From assembly GCF_018977255.1 (NCBI RefSeq), contig NW_024704743.1:42596001-42660000 (forward strand): a stretch of 64,000 bases of DNA, written 5' to 3'. Below are positions 13,580 to 26,294 of this stretch, piece after piece. The position numbers were made by a program, and so were the translations under genes. Positions within the stretch are counted from its first letter, which is position 1. Each line of letters opens with the position of its first letter. The DNA comes from Callorhinchus milii. Taxonomy: Eukaryota. Under the pieces are notes generated by a model that worked only from the letters and a program-made list of their open reading frames with translations, did no database searches and was not told the origin of the DNA.

Positions 13580-14490
13580 TTGGGATTTTTGTAGTTCTTT
13601 ATTTTTTTTACCCAGAGAGTTGTTACAGTCTGGAATGCACTGCCTGAAAGCGTGGTGGAAGCCGATTCGATAATAGCTTTCGAAAGGGAATTGGGTAGTG
13701 TTAGATTGACTAAAATATATAGAAATTATAACACATTATAGGAATTATAAAATATTAGTTTAAAACGTTAAGAGAACGCTGAGTCTGTTGGTTCCAGGTG
13801 CTGGGAAAAGCAGACACAACCTTTAGTCCTGGAGTATGAGGTAAGGCTCATCCTGAAATGGAAGACCCTGAGCCTGATACCAGGACAGTGGAATGTGTGT
13901 CTGAAAGCGTTTCTTGTAAACTAGTCACATTCTCAAGGACAGTACTGAGATATGGTGAAGCCTGTCTCAATTATAGATGGCCAAAAGAAAAAAACCTTGT
14001 TGATCAGGTTAGACAGGACAAAGGAAGAATAAAATTCTGGAGACCATAATCTTATCTGGCCAGAGCAAAGGTTAGAGGGGAATTTAGTACAATTGGGGTG
14101 CCACCGAACAGAGGTGTGGAAGCAGAGAGAGAGAGAACATGAGTATTGCAAAAGCTTGAGCCTGAGAAGCCGACACGAAAGACTGAAATCAGCCTACAGA
14201 CTACACAGAACTGGTAGCATGACTATTTACCTCTTTTGCTGTATACTCATAAACTGTTTGTGAATAATAAACCATTATACCTTTATTAAGGATTGTTGAG
14301 TCATTATTCGTATCCTCGGGATCGGTATATCCCAACAATAGGTACTTCAAAAAGAAAAATTTGCAGGGCTATAGGGTAAGAACGGGGGAGCGGGACTAGT
14401 TCGTAGCACTTTCAAAGAGACGGCACAGGCAGGATGGGCCGAATGGCCTCCTTCTGTGCTGTAAAATTCTTATCATTCTATCATTCTATG
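13580..14490 (+). mobile_element. CR1-type LINE 3' end (13580-13698 and 14338-14490) split by a solo LTR
   Basis: ttttacccagagagttg...tggaatgcactgcctgaaag continues across the LTR into gtacttcaaaaagaaaaatttgcagggctat...gggccgaatggcctccttctgtgctgtaa and an (attctatc)n tail. Confidence 0.8.
13699..14337 (+). mobile_element. Solo LTR (Gypsy/ERV type), 639 bp
   Basis: TGTTAG...CCAACA termini, near-perfect 4-bp TSD (gtag/atag), AATAAA at 14266-14271, and precise interruption of a CR1 copy. Confidence 0.75.
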
Positions 14491-15559
14491 TATCACATCC
14501 AAACATCTTAAAACGCATACTATCACAGACTGTCAAGGCAGTGATTGTTTTTGTAGGCAAGTGTGGCAGCCATTTACACAAACAGTTATGAGAACTACGG
14601 TCAATTAATCTTGAGGATTGTCAGCCTTCTCTTTTTCAACAGTCTCATGGGATCTTTAAAATCCACATTTAGCGCAGAGTAGAAAAACTTTACCATACAT
14701 CTAATTAACTTCACTAACTCAGGCGTGCTTGATGATGGTTGGAATATCTCTGCATAGATGTTCTTCTGTTACACAAGGGCACAAAACACCGACTTCTTTA
14801 AAAAAAATCTTATTGGAACTCGAGTTTGGCATCTCCGCGATCCTCAAACAAGTTTGGTTCAAGCGTAGAAATTAGGACATATGTGAACAAACTGTTGAGC
14901 TTTATTTCCTCTGAACTTCTTCATTAGATCGGTATTTTATTACAAAGAATGAAGTTAGAGCAATTTAGAAAGATGTGAGATCTTGCGGTTCAGATAACTT
15001 GTAATTTATGGTGCCATCTGAATTCTTTGGTGTGTTCGTCTTACTACACACTCCTAGTTCTCTACTGGAATTATAAGTTTATGTGCAATAATTGGTAATT
15101 TGTTAATTATTTTCATATAAACCTGTGGTAATTACATCAAATGTGGAATAGTTTCCTGTGAACGCAATTGTGTTCTCCGAACTTCTGGGAAAATGTAACT
15201 TCAATCCAAATTGTGTTAACCGTTCAGCCGCCTTCCAGCGAATCAGATTGCAGTGAAACCAATTAATAGTGAAAGAAAATCTGATGTCTTCATTCACTTA
15301 TGGCTTTTACCAACCTGCGCCCAATACTGTCTGGAATTAGGTAAGCAAGGTGACCCCTTCCAGGGCTAGAGTGCGTGTTCCATTCCAAACACAGGAAATT
15401 CCCATGTGCGGGTGGCATACATATGTGGAACTCTGATTTGGGTACTCTGAAGTAAAGTGATGGGTTTCCTCATGTTTAAAACACTCAACTGATCATGTTG
15501 GGAGGACATCTCAAAGCACTCTATAAGTCTAGTGATTGTGCATTTTGTAAGTGAATGTA

Positions 15560-16300
15560 GTAAAATACAAAATTACGTTTGTATAGCGTCTTTCACATCA
15601 GTAGGATGTCCCAAAGCGCTGGTCAGTCAGGGATTTGGACCCGAGCAGGGGTGTTTGGGACAAGTGGGTGTGGAGGGCACGGAGGGTAGGAGGGTGACCG
15701 AAGATGCAGTCGAAGAGGAGGATCTTGAGACGTGCCTTGAAGGAGGCAAGGGAGGGACCGAGGTGAAAGTTATGGGATGGAGGTCCAAAAGGTGGGTACA
15801 GAGAGGCTGAAGGCTCAACCGCCAATGGTGAGATGGGCCGGGTGGGGGACGTGGAGCAGGCTGCTGAGCTGAGGGAGAGGACAGTTTCATATGGGGTTAA
15901 AAGATCTCAGGTAGGCAGGAGCAAGGCCGTTGAGGGCCTTGAAGGCAAGGACGAGGATTTTGAAATCTATCCTCTGGGGGATGGGAGCCAGTGGAGCCAG
16001 GCAGCCAATTTGCAGACAATAATGTCCTACAAACAGCCGTGAAGTGAATGACCAATTTTATTGGTCATTGTTAGCCAGGATACCAGGAGAAACTCCCTTC
16101 TCTTTTCGAATAGTGCTTAGGATCTTTAACATCCAGCTGAACAGGCAGATGGGACCTCAGTTTAACGTCTCATCTGAAGGACAGAAACCCTGACAATTCA
16201 GCAGCACTTCCCCAACACAGTATTGGAGTACCAACCTAAATTATGAACTCAAAGGTCCGAAGTGGAGCTTTGACCCAGAACCTTCTGACTAAGAGGCAAC
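15560..16300 (-). mobile_element. L2 3' fragment (~15560-16000) inserted in a family-B SINE (~16000-16300)
   Basis: L2 remnant (SLASFKARLK.LLF) plus tail. Deu core ggatctttaacatccagctgaacaggcagatgggacctcagtttaacgtctcatc (reverse complement). Confidence 0.8.
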
Positions 16301-16314
16301 TGAACCAGATTAAT

Positions 16315-18265
16315 ACAACAACAACAACAAGATTGCATTTATAGAGAGCCTTTCACAACAGGAGGACGTCCCAAGGCGCTGGACAGTTGGGTCGGGACCC
16401 GAGCAGGGGGGATATAGTCGAAGGGAGGGAGCGAGGACGGGGTAGAGAGTTGAGAGGGGAGGTGAAGGCACGGTTGAAGAGAAAGGTCTTGAGACTGGCC
16501 TTGAAGGAGGAAAGGGAGGAGGCGGCGAAGGCACTGGGGGATGGAGTTCCAGAGCCTAGGGGCTGAGAGGCTGAAAGCCCGGCCACCGATGGTAGGTCGG
16601 TTGGGGCGGGGGGTGTGGAGCAGACCGGAGGCAGAGGAATGGAGGGTACGGGCAGGTAGGTAGGGGGATAGTAGGTCGGAGAGGTAGGAGGGAGCAAGGC
16701 CGTGAATGGCCTTGTAGGTGAGGATGAGGATCTTGAATTCGATCCTCTGGGGGATGGGGAGCCAGTGGAGGCGAGCGAGGGTGGGAGTGATGTGGTCCCG
16801 AAGCCTGGTGCGGGACAGTACACGAGCTGCAGAGTTCTGAATGACCTGCAGCTTGTGGAGGGAGGTGCCGGGAAGGCCGGCGAGGAGAGAGTTCCCATAG
16901 TCCAGCCTTGAGGTGATAAAGGCGTGGACCAGAGTTTCAGCAGCGTGAGGGGTGAGGTAGTGCCGTAGTCTGGCGATGTTCCGGAGGTGATGGAAGGCGG
17001 TGCCAGTTGTGTCGCGGATATGAGGAAGAAAGGACAGCTCAGGGTCGAACAGAACCCGAGGTTCCTGACTGGCTTTGAGAGGTGGAGAGTGCAGCCTTGG
17101 ATGCTGATGCTGTCAGCGCCTGAGGTGCGGAGGCGCTGACGTGAGCCAATCAGGAGGGCCTCAGTTTTGCGCACGTTGAGCTGAAGAAAGTTGTCTCTCG
17201 TCCAGGACTCGATGTCGGACAGGCAGCTGTCAGGACATCGGTGGTCGTGGAGTTGAGGGTAGAGGAGGAAAGGTAGAGTTGGGTGTCATCCGCATACATG
17301 TGGAAGTTAACCCCATGTCTGCGGATGATGTCACCGAGGGGGAGCATATAGAGGGTGAAGAGGAGGGGACCGAGGACAGAGCCCTGAGGGACACCGCACG
17401 AGACAGTGCGGGGGCCGGAGGAAAAGCCGTTAGTGGAAACAAAATGAAGACGGTGGGAGAGGTACGACCTAAACCACTCAAGGACAGGGCCTTGAAGGTT
17501 GAGGTGGGAGGACAAGCGGTGGAGGAGGATAGCGTGGACGACCATATCGAATGCGGCGGATAGGTCGAGGAGGACGAGGAGGCAGAGGGAGCCCTGGTCG
17601 CAGATGGTCAAGATGTCATTGGTGACCTTGACCAGGGCAGTTTCTGTGCTATGGGCAGCACAGAAACCTGACTGGAGGGGTTTAAATAGTGAATGCATGG
17701 AGAGGAAACAGCACAGCTGGGAGGCGACAACTCTTTCGTGAACCTTGGACAGGAAGGGGAGGTTGGAGATGGGTCGGTAGCTTGATAGCTGCGACGCATC
17801 AAGGGAGGGGTTTTTTCAGTGTGGGAGTGATGGTGGCAGTTTTGAGGGGAATGGGAACAGAGTCAGAGGAGAGGGACGGGTTAATGGTGTCTGTGAGAAG
17901 TGGGGCAAGGAGGTGGAGCTGGGAGATAAGGAGTGGAGTGTGGATGGGGTCCACGGAGCAGGTGGTGGGTTTCAAGGACAGGATGAGGTTGGTGACAGAG
18001 GGTCGGGAAACGGGTTCGAAAGTGTGTAGGGGAGGATGGGTAGGAGTGTGGGAGGGAGGGGGTGGGTGGAGGTTAGAGGGGCAGTGACCGCGGAGCGAAT
18101 TCCCTTGATTTTGGAAATCAAGGAAATCCAGCATCTCCTCACAGTGAAGGTTGGAGGAGATGATCTGCGCGGGGTGGCGGGGGGGCGGAGGAGTCGGGAT
18201 GTGGTAGAGAATAGAAGCCTGGGGTTGTTCTTTGCCTCCAGGATTATCCGAGGTTAGAGAGGAGC
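16315..18265 (-). mobile_element. L2-clade LINE, 5'-truncated ~1.95 kb copy with frameshifted RT domain
   Basis: ORFs give QSGF...[43 protein letters not shown] and [10 protein letters not shown]. Ends in the stem-loop plus (GTT)n tail. Confidence 0.92.
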
Positions 18266-18639
18266 GGTAGGTTTTGATAAGATCATTTATAAATGAAGTG
18301 TTTGCCATCAATAAAGGCAAAACCTGTGCTTTATTTCAGAGGAGGCTGTCTACTTGAAGAATCAAAATGAAGCACATACAGTATTTAGGCACTGTCTTTA
18401 GAGTGATTCAAGCACAATTTGAGTCCGTGTAAAGAATGTAGGAATTTTACGTTGGAATGGCTGAGACACTATCAAAATTGTGGGACAGTAACATTTGTCA
18501 ATGACTCATGATACAGTGAATCAACTGATGAAGCGAAATGTTTTATGATAAACAAGATTTCAATATAAAACTGTCTTGTTGTATGTGATATGTATGTGAT
18601 ATCTACATGAAAATGAGTCAAAGGTTATAACCCAGCTCA

Positions 18640-18820
18640 TAATAATAATAATAATCCTTGCATTTGATATAGCGCTTTTCACGTCGGGAGGACGAACCAA
18701 AGCGCTTCACAGAACACACTGTAAAGTGAATTGATTGTATATTTGTGGGCGAACGCGGCAGCCAATTGCGCACAGCAATGTCCCACAAACAGTCGTAGAT
18801 TGAAAATGACCAATTTATTA
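18640..18820 (-). mobile_element. Family-A SINE 3' half
   Basis: Near-identical reverse complement of ~3705-3866. Confidence 0.85.
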
Positions 18821-20962
18821 TTGTTTCATGATCTTAGCATTGATTGTGAACCAGGTGATGCCACTGAAACTACTGGAGACAAGCATAGGGAGAGCAAATA
18901 AAGATCCCTGTATTGTTATCATAAACAGAATGCATCATATGAAAGGAAGCAATGAATTAGAGCCAAGTTTCATGACACAATTTTAGATAAGGATGTTATA
19001 TATAACAGCTTGCCAGCCCATCTGTGTTTACTTTCCCTTGAAAGAGACAGTTCTCCTTAGACAGCATCATTGACTTTCTACACATCAAAGAAGTAGCTTT
19101 CCAAGTAATTTTGAAAATTCTTTGACAGATCTGCTGCTGGAACTGCTGATCCGCAAAATACACAAAATTATCAGATCCTTGGAGAATTATCCAAGGATAT
19201 TTTTACTTATCAGACTGAGGGATGAATTCTGAATATGAAACAAGCTTTGAAGAAATCTGTTCAATTTGAAGTTAAGCACTGACAAGGAAGTTTCAAGTTG
19301 CTGTTTAAACTAAAAAGAATCTCAGTTGTTAGTTATCATCAGTTTTGAATACATCTTCAGGTTGCAGGTTGGAAAGGTCAAAATTCCAATTCTTAGCATG
19401 AAGACCTTCCATTCTCTTCATCACTTGAGCATAAACCCAATGAGGCATAAAGTAATTTCAACAGAAGATGAACATATATGAACAGAATGGCACTTAATCA
19501 GGTCAAATTTGCCGTGTTCTTTATTAGTGACGCTGTGAATTAACACCAGTGTTATTTCTTGCCACAATTGAAGGTGTCTAAGAATCTAACTTATCCTGGT
19601 ATAGTACAGTAAATGACCACATGCTGGTAATGTCCTCCCTTTCCCTATTAAAGGCTTTGTTCCTGGCCTGAGAGAGACAAAATTTCACTGTTCTTCCCTA
19701 AACCCAGCCAAGGAAATAACTAATACAGAAGAGAACTGTTATCCACACTAATAGAGACTGACACTAATTAATACCCCAGCTTGGGTGCAAATCCTTAACT
19801 GTCCAGCACCTTGGGACAGCCTTCCGACATGAAAGGTGCTATATAAATTTGCTGTTGTTGTTGGCTTCTTTGTGGATTAACAAACAGTATAGATAAACAT
19901 CAATGGATAATTCAAGACCTACCTCTTTAACCGCACAGTCGGTCAACTTTCCCCTGCTCACTGCCTTTAGCTCCCACCTCCAACTTGGGTGCCAAGCCAG
20001 GACTGTTAAGTGCCTTAGGACATCCTCCCAATGTGAAAGGTGCATTCTAAATGTAAATTTGTATTGTGTACACAAAATACAAATTAGTTATAGCACCAAT
20101 TGAAATATTGTACCATCAAGAATCTTTATGTCACTGTGCTAGTACACTATGCCATCCCTTCTCACTGAGTCTTAGTCTAAATCTCGCTAACTTTATATCT
20201 GTCTCTACAATAACAGCAATTTGTATTTAAATAGCCCCCTTCGCATAGTATAGAACCTCAGAGCACTTCACAGGGATCACCAAGTAAGGGGGGACAGAAG
20301 GAAATAAAGAAAATATCATTATCTCTAACCCTAAACTGTATTCTGTAAAAATGTTACTAGCATAAAAGATCCTGTTAGTGCTTATGAGATTCTCATTATC
20401 TATAGCTAGGCGAGAACATTCTTAGAAACCTGGAGTATTGGAATAATTGAGCCTGGAAGTGATAATGAGGTGGAGAGGGTCTCAGCAGCATGAGGAAGAG
20501 ATAGTGACAGAGGCAAGCGATAATGCAAAGGCGAGAAAAAGCATAGATCTAAAATGTTCACTCAGGTGAAACACTTAAGACATTGAGCTCAAATTCTCAA
20601 TATAGGGCTTGAACACACAACCTTCTGACTCAGTGGTGAGAGTGCACTCAACAGAGCAAGACTGCCACATAAAGACTCTATCTCAATTGCACGCACCTCC
20701 AGTGAAGATTGAGTTGGAACTGAACAAATAAAATGAATTAAGTTTAACATTCATCTGGGTTGGCATTCTTTGGAATGTTCTATTTAGCAGATTAATTCAT
20801 GCAAAGCTCTTTATCACAAACTTAGATTATTAATTTGAACTTCACACCAGCTATTTGATACATCATTAGGCAAACAACTCGCTAAAAAAAAAGAAACTCT
20901 ACTCCAAGCTTCAACAAACATTATAAAAGCAACGAGGATACTTAATAGGTTTATGGTTGACA

Positions 20963-21255
20963 CGGAGTCCTGTAGTTTGGTGGTAAGAGCACTTGCCTCA
21001 CAAGTGAGAGACCTGGGTTTGATTCCCTGCAAGGCGAAACCTTGGGCAAGTTTCCTTACTCCACACGCCTGATAACAATCCCTCAAGAAAAAAAGAATAA
21101 TTTGTTCACTGAATCCACAACTGTTTGTTGTGCCACGTTTCACCCACAAAACAAAATATACAGTCAATTCACTTTGCAGTATATTCTGTGAAATGCTTTG
21201 AGACGTCTGTAAGACATGAAAAGGCGCTATATCAAATGCAAGGATTATTATTATT
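20963..21255 (+). mobile_element. Family-A SINE, internal-deletion variant
   Basis: tRNA head, ccttgggcaagtttccttactccacacgcct|gataacaatccc junction, and standard tail. Confidence 0.85.
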
Positions 21256-21299
21256 TAATTATTATGGGCTGACATTCAAGACACAAATCAACTCTATGG

Positions 21300-21885
21300 C
21301 TTAACTATGCAAACTCCCTGCTTGTCGGCCTCCCCAACTCCTCCCTCCATAGACTGCTGATCATCCAGAACTCTGCAGCCTGTGTCCTCTCCCGCACTAG
21401 GCTCCATGACCCTATCACCCATCCTCGCCCCATACTCCACTGATTTCCCATCACACAGAGGATACAGTTCAAGATCTGGTCCTCATCTTCAAAGTTCTCC
21501 TCGGCCTTTCTCACTCCTACTCTGCAACCTCCTAACCCCCTACCAGCCTGTCCGCTCCCTCCACTCAGCGGGCTCCGGCCTGCTTCACGTTCCCTGCCTC
21601 GCTTGACCCATTATTGGCGGGCGGGCCTTCAGCCACTCTGCCCCCACCCTCTAGAACTCCATCTCGCAGTCACTCCACCTCGCCCCCTCCCTTGCCTCCT
21701 TGAAGACCCATCTCAAAACCCTCTTCTTTGATCATGCCTTCGATCATCCTCCTTCCCCCTGCTCACCACCCTCCCCGATCCCAACCTCCAGCTTAGGTTT
21801 GAAACACTGTTTGTCCAGCACTTTGGGACATCCTCCCAACGTGAAAGGCGCTATACAAATTTAATTTTGTTGTTGTTGTTGTTTG
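21300..21885 (+). mobile_element. L2 3' fragment
   Basis: ctatgcaaactccctgcttgtcggcctcccc (YANSLLVGLP) through to the stem-loop and (GTT)n tail. Confidence 0.88.
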
Positions 21886-22425
21886 CTTGTGGTACTGTTT
21901 TTGATGAAACAGATCTGCATTTCAGTCAGAATGATCCTGTTGTTACAAGGAATATGTGCATGAATTCCTCTGCCAAAAAGCAATGCCTCCCAACTTGAAA
22001 GGCGCTATACAAATGTAATTTTGTTGGTGTTGTTATTGTACATTTGACAATGTTCATTCAAAAAGGCTACAAAGGTAAAGGTACAAAGGCCAGAAGAGAT
22101 AAATTCACAATGATTGTCAAGGAATTGATCTTCTGAGGCAAAGAGTTAGGAGAGCTTTACTGTGCATTTGGATGTGATGAACTTGTGGTCTGAGTGTTTA
22201 ATGTTGACTCTGGATAAAAAGATTGAATATTTTCCGTTTTGCAGCATTGACATCCTTTGAATGTATTTTGGTCAGCTGGGTGTCTGATACATATACGGAA
22301 ATCCATCACCACGAAACCAGAATGAAAGCTTGCCACCGACACATGGACATTTCCGTGTCTGGAATAGAATGTGCACCCTCTTCCATGAGGGACGCACCCT
22401 ACTTACCTATTTCTGGAGAGTATTA

Positions 22426-22621
22426 ATAGTAATAATAATAATAATCCTTGCATTTGATATAACAGTGAATTGACTGTATATTTTGTGGGCAAAACCCGGC
22501 AGCCAATTGCGAACAGTAGTGTCCCACAAACAGTCGTGAATTGAGTGTAAAAATTACTATTATTTTTTTCAGGGGATTATTAACCCCAGATAGGGATCCA
22601 TCAATCGACTAACAACCTAGT
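22426..22621 (-). mobile_element. 5'-truncated family-A SINE directly 3' of the U6 fragment
   Basis: Minus strand ggttgttagtcgattgatggatc...ggggttaataatcccc...gactgtttgtgggacact...atatcaaatgcaaggattattatt. Confidence 0.85.
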
Positions 22622-22663
22622 AAAAATGTGGAACACTTCACAAATTTGCATGTCATCCTTGCG
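22622..22663 (-). pseudogene. RNU6: U6 snRNA 3' fragment (42 nt), fused to a SINE
   Basis: Minus strand reads CGCAAGGATGACATGCAAATTTGTGAAGTGTTCCACATTTTT versus U6 3' end CGCAAGGATGACACGCAAATTCGTGAAGCGTTCCATATTTTT: 38/42 identical, three of the four changes at CpG. Confidence 0.9.
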
Positions 22664-22929
22664 TGAATTCGCAAGGCGTAGATTAGCAAGAATCAAGACT
22701 TGGGGACCCCAGGTTATGTGTTGGCGTACTGCCAGAGTTTAACCAACTAAAACTCCATATCTTGACATTGAAATTACTGTGTAAACTTCCTGCTGTTTGT
22801 CCTGTCAGGGCGAGTGGGAAGAATTCCTGCTCCCAATGACCAGTCTGCCCTTCCTAGTCCTGCCAATGAGCAGACTGGATTGGTACTGCAGACTCACCTG
22901 GCTCAGGAACCAAACAACCAAGACAACCG

Positions 22930-23225
22930 TGGAGTCCTGTAGCTCAGTGGTTAGCCTTGCAAGCGAGATACCTGGGTTCAGTTCCAGCCAGGGTGAAACC
23001 TTGGGCAAGTTTCCTTACTCCACACGCCTGATAATAATCCCTCCAAAATAAAAAACAATAATAAATTGGTCCTTTTCAATGCACGTTTGTGGGACACTGC
23101 TGTGCACAATTGGCTGCCGTGTTTCACCCACAAATATACAGTCAATTCACTTTACAGTATATTCTGTGAAGCGCTTTGAGACGTTTAAAAGACGTGAAAA
23201 GCGCTATATCAAATGCAAGGATTTA
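22930..23225 (+). mobile_element. Family-A SINE, internal-deletion variant
   Basis: ggagtcctgtagctcagtggttag head, cacacgcct|gataataatcc junction, and tail. Confidence 0.85.
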
Positions 23226-24544
23226 ACATCTCACCAAAGGACGACACCTCCAACCTTGTAGCACATCCTCAGTTTCAGCCTAAACGAGATGTTCAAAGTC
23301 CCTGACAAATTCCCCCACAAACTTCTGGAGTCAAAAGGACAGACTACAAGGATTATCATTATTGTTATTATTTGCTTTTTTTATGATGTCATCCTGACTT
23401 GAAAGATGCTATATAAATGTAATTTGTTGTTGTTGTTGATATAGCATCTTTCAGGAGGTTGTCTTAAAACACTTCATAGGATTAATATAAGGTGCTATGA
23501 TTGTGCATTTTGTAGATTTAAATGCAAAACAAACTCAGTACTTCACACAGGTTTGAGTGCAAAGAGAATTCAGTTTTGTTTTATTCTCCTGTGCCCTCTT
23601 GCAAAGAAAAAAACTCAAACAAAAAGTAGAAGCCTCTTGTTCAAAATCTAAAAATAAATAAATTAAAATAATAGGTTCTCCTCAGAATACTGCTGAATTT
23701 ACATAATTGCTTGGGGAGCAACACTAGAAATATCCTGTTCTATTGTTTTTGATTCATAAAATATTAATTAGCCTAATGTTTTGGAATCTTGATATTACAT
23801 ATGCAATGCAAATGCAGTGCACAAAGCAAAATATGTAATGGACTCACAATGAAACCATGTCCACTCTTTGTCTGATGTACATTACATTAATGACTAGGTA
23901 GGCTAGATATTGCAATTATAATTCAAGTAAGAATCATATTCAGCATTTTGTTCAAAGTTATTATTAATCTAGGAAGGGTTAAATGGAATGAGGGATATTT
24001 GTTTCACATTAAGTTGAAAAATGAGACATTTCATAACAAGCTTGATAATTAACAATATTTTTTCTTACTCAACTCAGCAAATATCATGTAGATAACACTT
24101 TTCCTTCGCAAACATTGCTCAATGTGCAGAATGCAGTTATCTCTACTGCATTACTGACCTTTTAGTCCTCTGTTTTTTTTTAACTGGGGGCAGGGGTGAG
24201 AGCTGGCTACCACAAATAATAATGATAAAATAATAGAAATTTCCAGCACAAAAGATTGTATTTTGTCCATATCTTTATGCTGGCTCTTTGAAAATCTTAT
24301 TTACCTGCCTTTCCCCATAACCTTGCAGATTATTATTCTTTAGATATCTGGTTATCAGCCTGCATCTATCCAGTTTGTAGTACTCTCGGGTCTGAGTCAG
24401 AAGATTGCGGCTTCAAATCTCACATTGAGTTCATTGTCCAGGTTGGTACTCCTTGGTAATATCCTCATGCTAACCAATGAAAAGGCAGTAGATGAAATGA
24501 GTCTCTTTAAGTTTATCCATATTTGTGTATCAGCCTGGCACACA

Positions 24545-25145
24545 GTGGTTGGGGAGGCTGACAAGCAAGGAGTTTGCATAGTCAAGTCTCGATGTAATGA
24601 AGGCGTGAATGAGAGTTTCGGCGACCTGTGCTATGAGACAGTAGCGGAGTCGGGTGATGTTGCGAAGGTGGGGGAAGGCAGACCGGGTCATGATGCAGAT
24701 GTGGGGTAGAAAGGATAGTTGAGGGTCAAACAAGACCCCAAGGTTCGGACTGGCTTAGCAAGGTGGAGTGTGTAACCATGGATGGTGATGCTGTCAGCTC
24801 CTGAGGTGAGGAGGCGCTGACGGGAGCCAATCAGGAGAGCCTCAGTCTTGTTGATGTTCAACTGAAGAAAGTTAACTCTCATCCAGGACTTGATGCCTGA
24901 CAGACATTCTGTCAGGACAGCAGTGGTCCTGGATCATCGGTGGAGGCAGAGAGGGAAGGTTGGGTGTCATTCATGTGGAATTTGACCCCATGTCTGCGGA
25001 GGATGTCACCAAGAGGACAGAGCCCTGAGGAACGCTACACGAGAAGGTGTGCGGGTTAGAGGAGAAACCGTTTGTGGAGATGAAGTGGAGATGGTGTATA
25101 TAATTTACGTTTATATAGCACCTTTCACATGGGGAGGATGTCTGA
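24545..25145 (-). mobile_element. L2 internal fragment (RT C-terminal region) plus an orphan tail
   Basis: ORFs give [38 protein letters not shown] and VPQGSV. Confidence 0.85.
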
Positions 25146-26294
25146 AGTAGCACATCAGAACCATTAACTATCTCCAGGGCCTCACAGCAGCATCATGAGA
25201 AGTTGGATCTGACAAGTCTGATACTTTATTCAACTTCTTCCAATCTGCATTGTCCTGACCTACATATTGATTGTTCAGGAATGTCAGGGAGGCTGATATT
25301 ATGTTATATTTAGATCAGGCTCCAATAGCACTTTGATTCCTTGTTACCAGCCTGACTATTTGGGCAAGTTGCTTGAAATGGGATGTCTCTGTCCTGGATC
25401 ATCTGAAATTTCTATGCAAATGAGCCCTGTTAATTACTACTTGTATAGTGTAGATTTGTCTGGTACATTTAATGAAGTACAGTACATTCTATGGAGTACA
25501 TTTAATACATACAGGTCTACAAAGTGCACTTAATGAAATATGTGCACCATTTTATGCTGTGGGCTTGTATTCACTGGATCCTAATTGGAAGCTCAAACAC
25601 ACATTTGGAATCTATACGCTGATAGCATCTTACCTTATTAGTAAGGACAAAAGGTGCTTTACCAATTGCACCACTCACTTTCCAACTCATTATATTATTC
25701 ATTTTATGCTAAACATGCTTTGCAACATCCCCAAATCAATCTCACGTATGGCATTAAAAAAACAGATGTGGCTTTGGCTGTTCCAAGGGATCATTGGTTA
25801 CAGAGAAATGTTGAGATTTACTGCACGGATGGGGGGGGAGGGGGGGGGGGCATTGCACCTGTGCCAGACAAAACAGTGAATGTGAAAAATGGTCACTTAA
25901 GGCTTTGTACATTCACAACGTGTTACCAGTTAATTATATGCAAATTGGAAAGGCATTGTATGTAGTTTCTGTTTGCTGTTGAGTCCAATTAATCAGGCAA
26001 AGGCAATGAAAGGCTTAGACTAAAATGTTCTCAATAGAGTCTTGTATCCCCTTGGGGAACAGGCAAAATTATACATTCTATGCTCAGATCGCAGGACTAA
26101 AGCCATGACTCAGTTAAAACCTGCATATACAGTACCACTCTTTCGTAATTTTTTTAGGATTTTTCAGGTATGTACAATTCTCACTGCCCTATTTCTTGTT
26201 TTAATTTTATTTTTACTATTCTCCTGTCTATATCTTGTTCCACCTATTGTAACTCTATATGTTAGAGGACTCCAAGTTAAGTTCACTTAGCTTG

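Noticed and set aside
16353..18320. Active reverse transcriptase gene
   Set aside because: RT motifs are split over several frames and the copy is 5'-truncated with no endonuclease or ORF1. It is a dead L2.
22622..22663. Functional U6 gene
   Set aside because: Only the 3' 42 nt are present, CpG-decayed, without the ACAGAGA box or upstream PSE/TATA.
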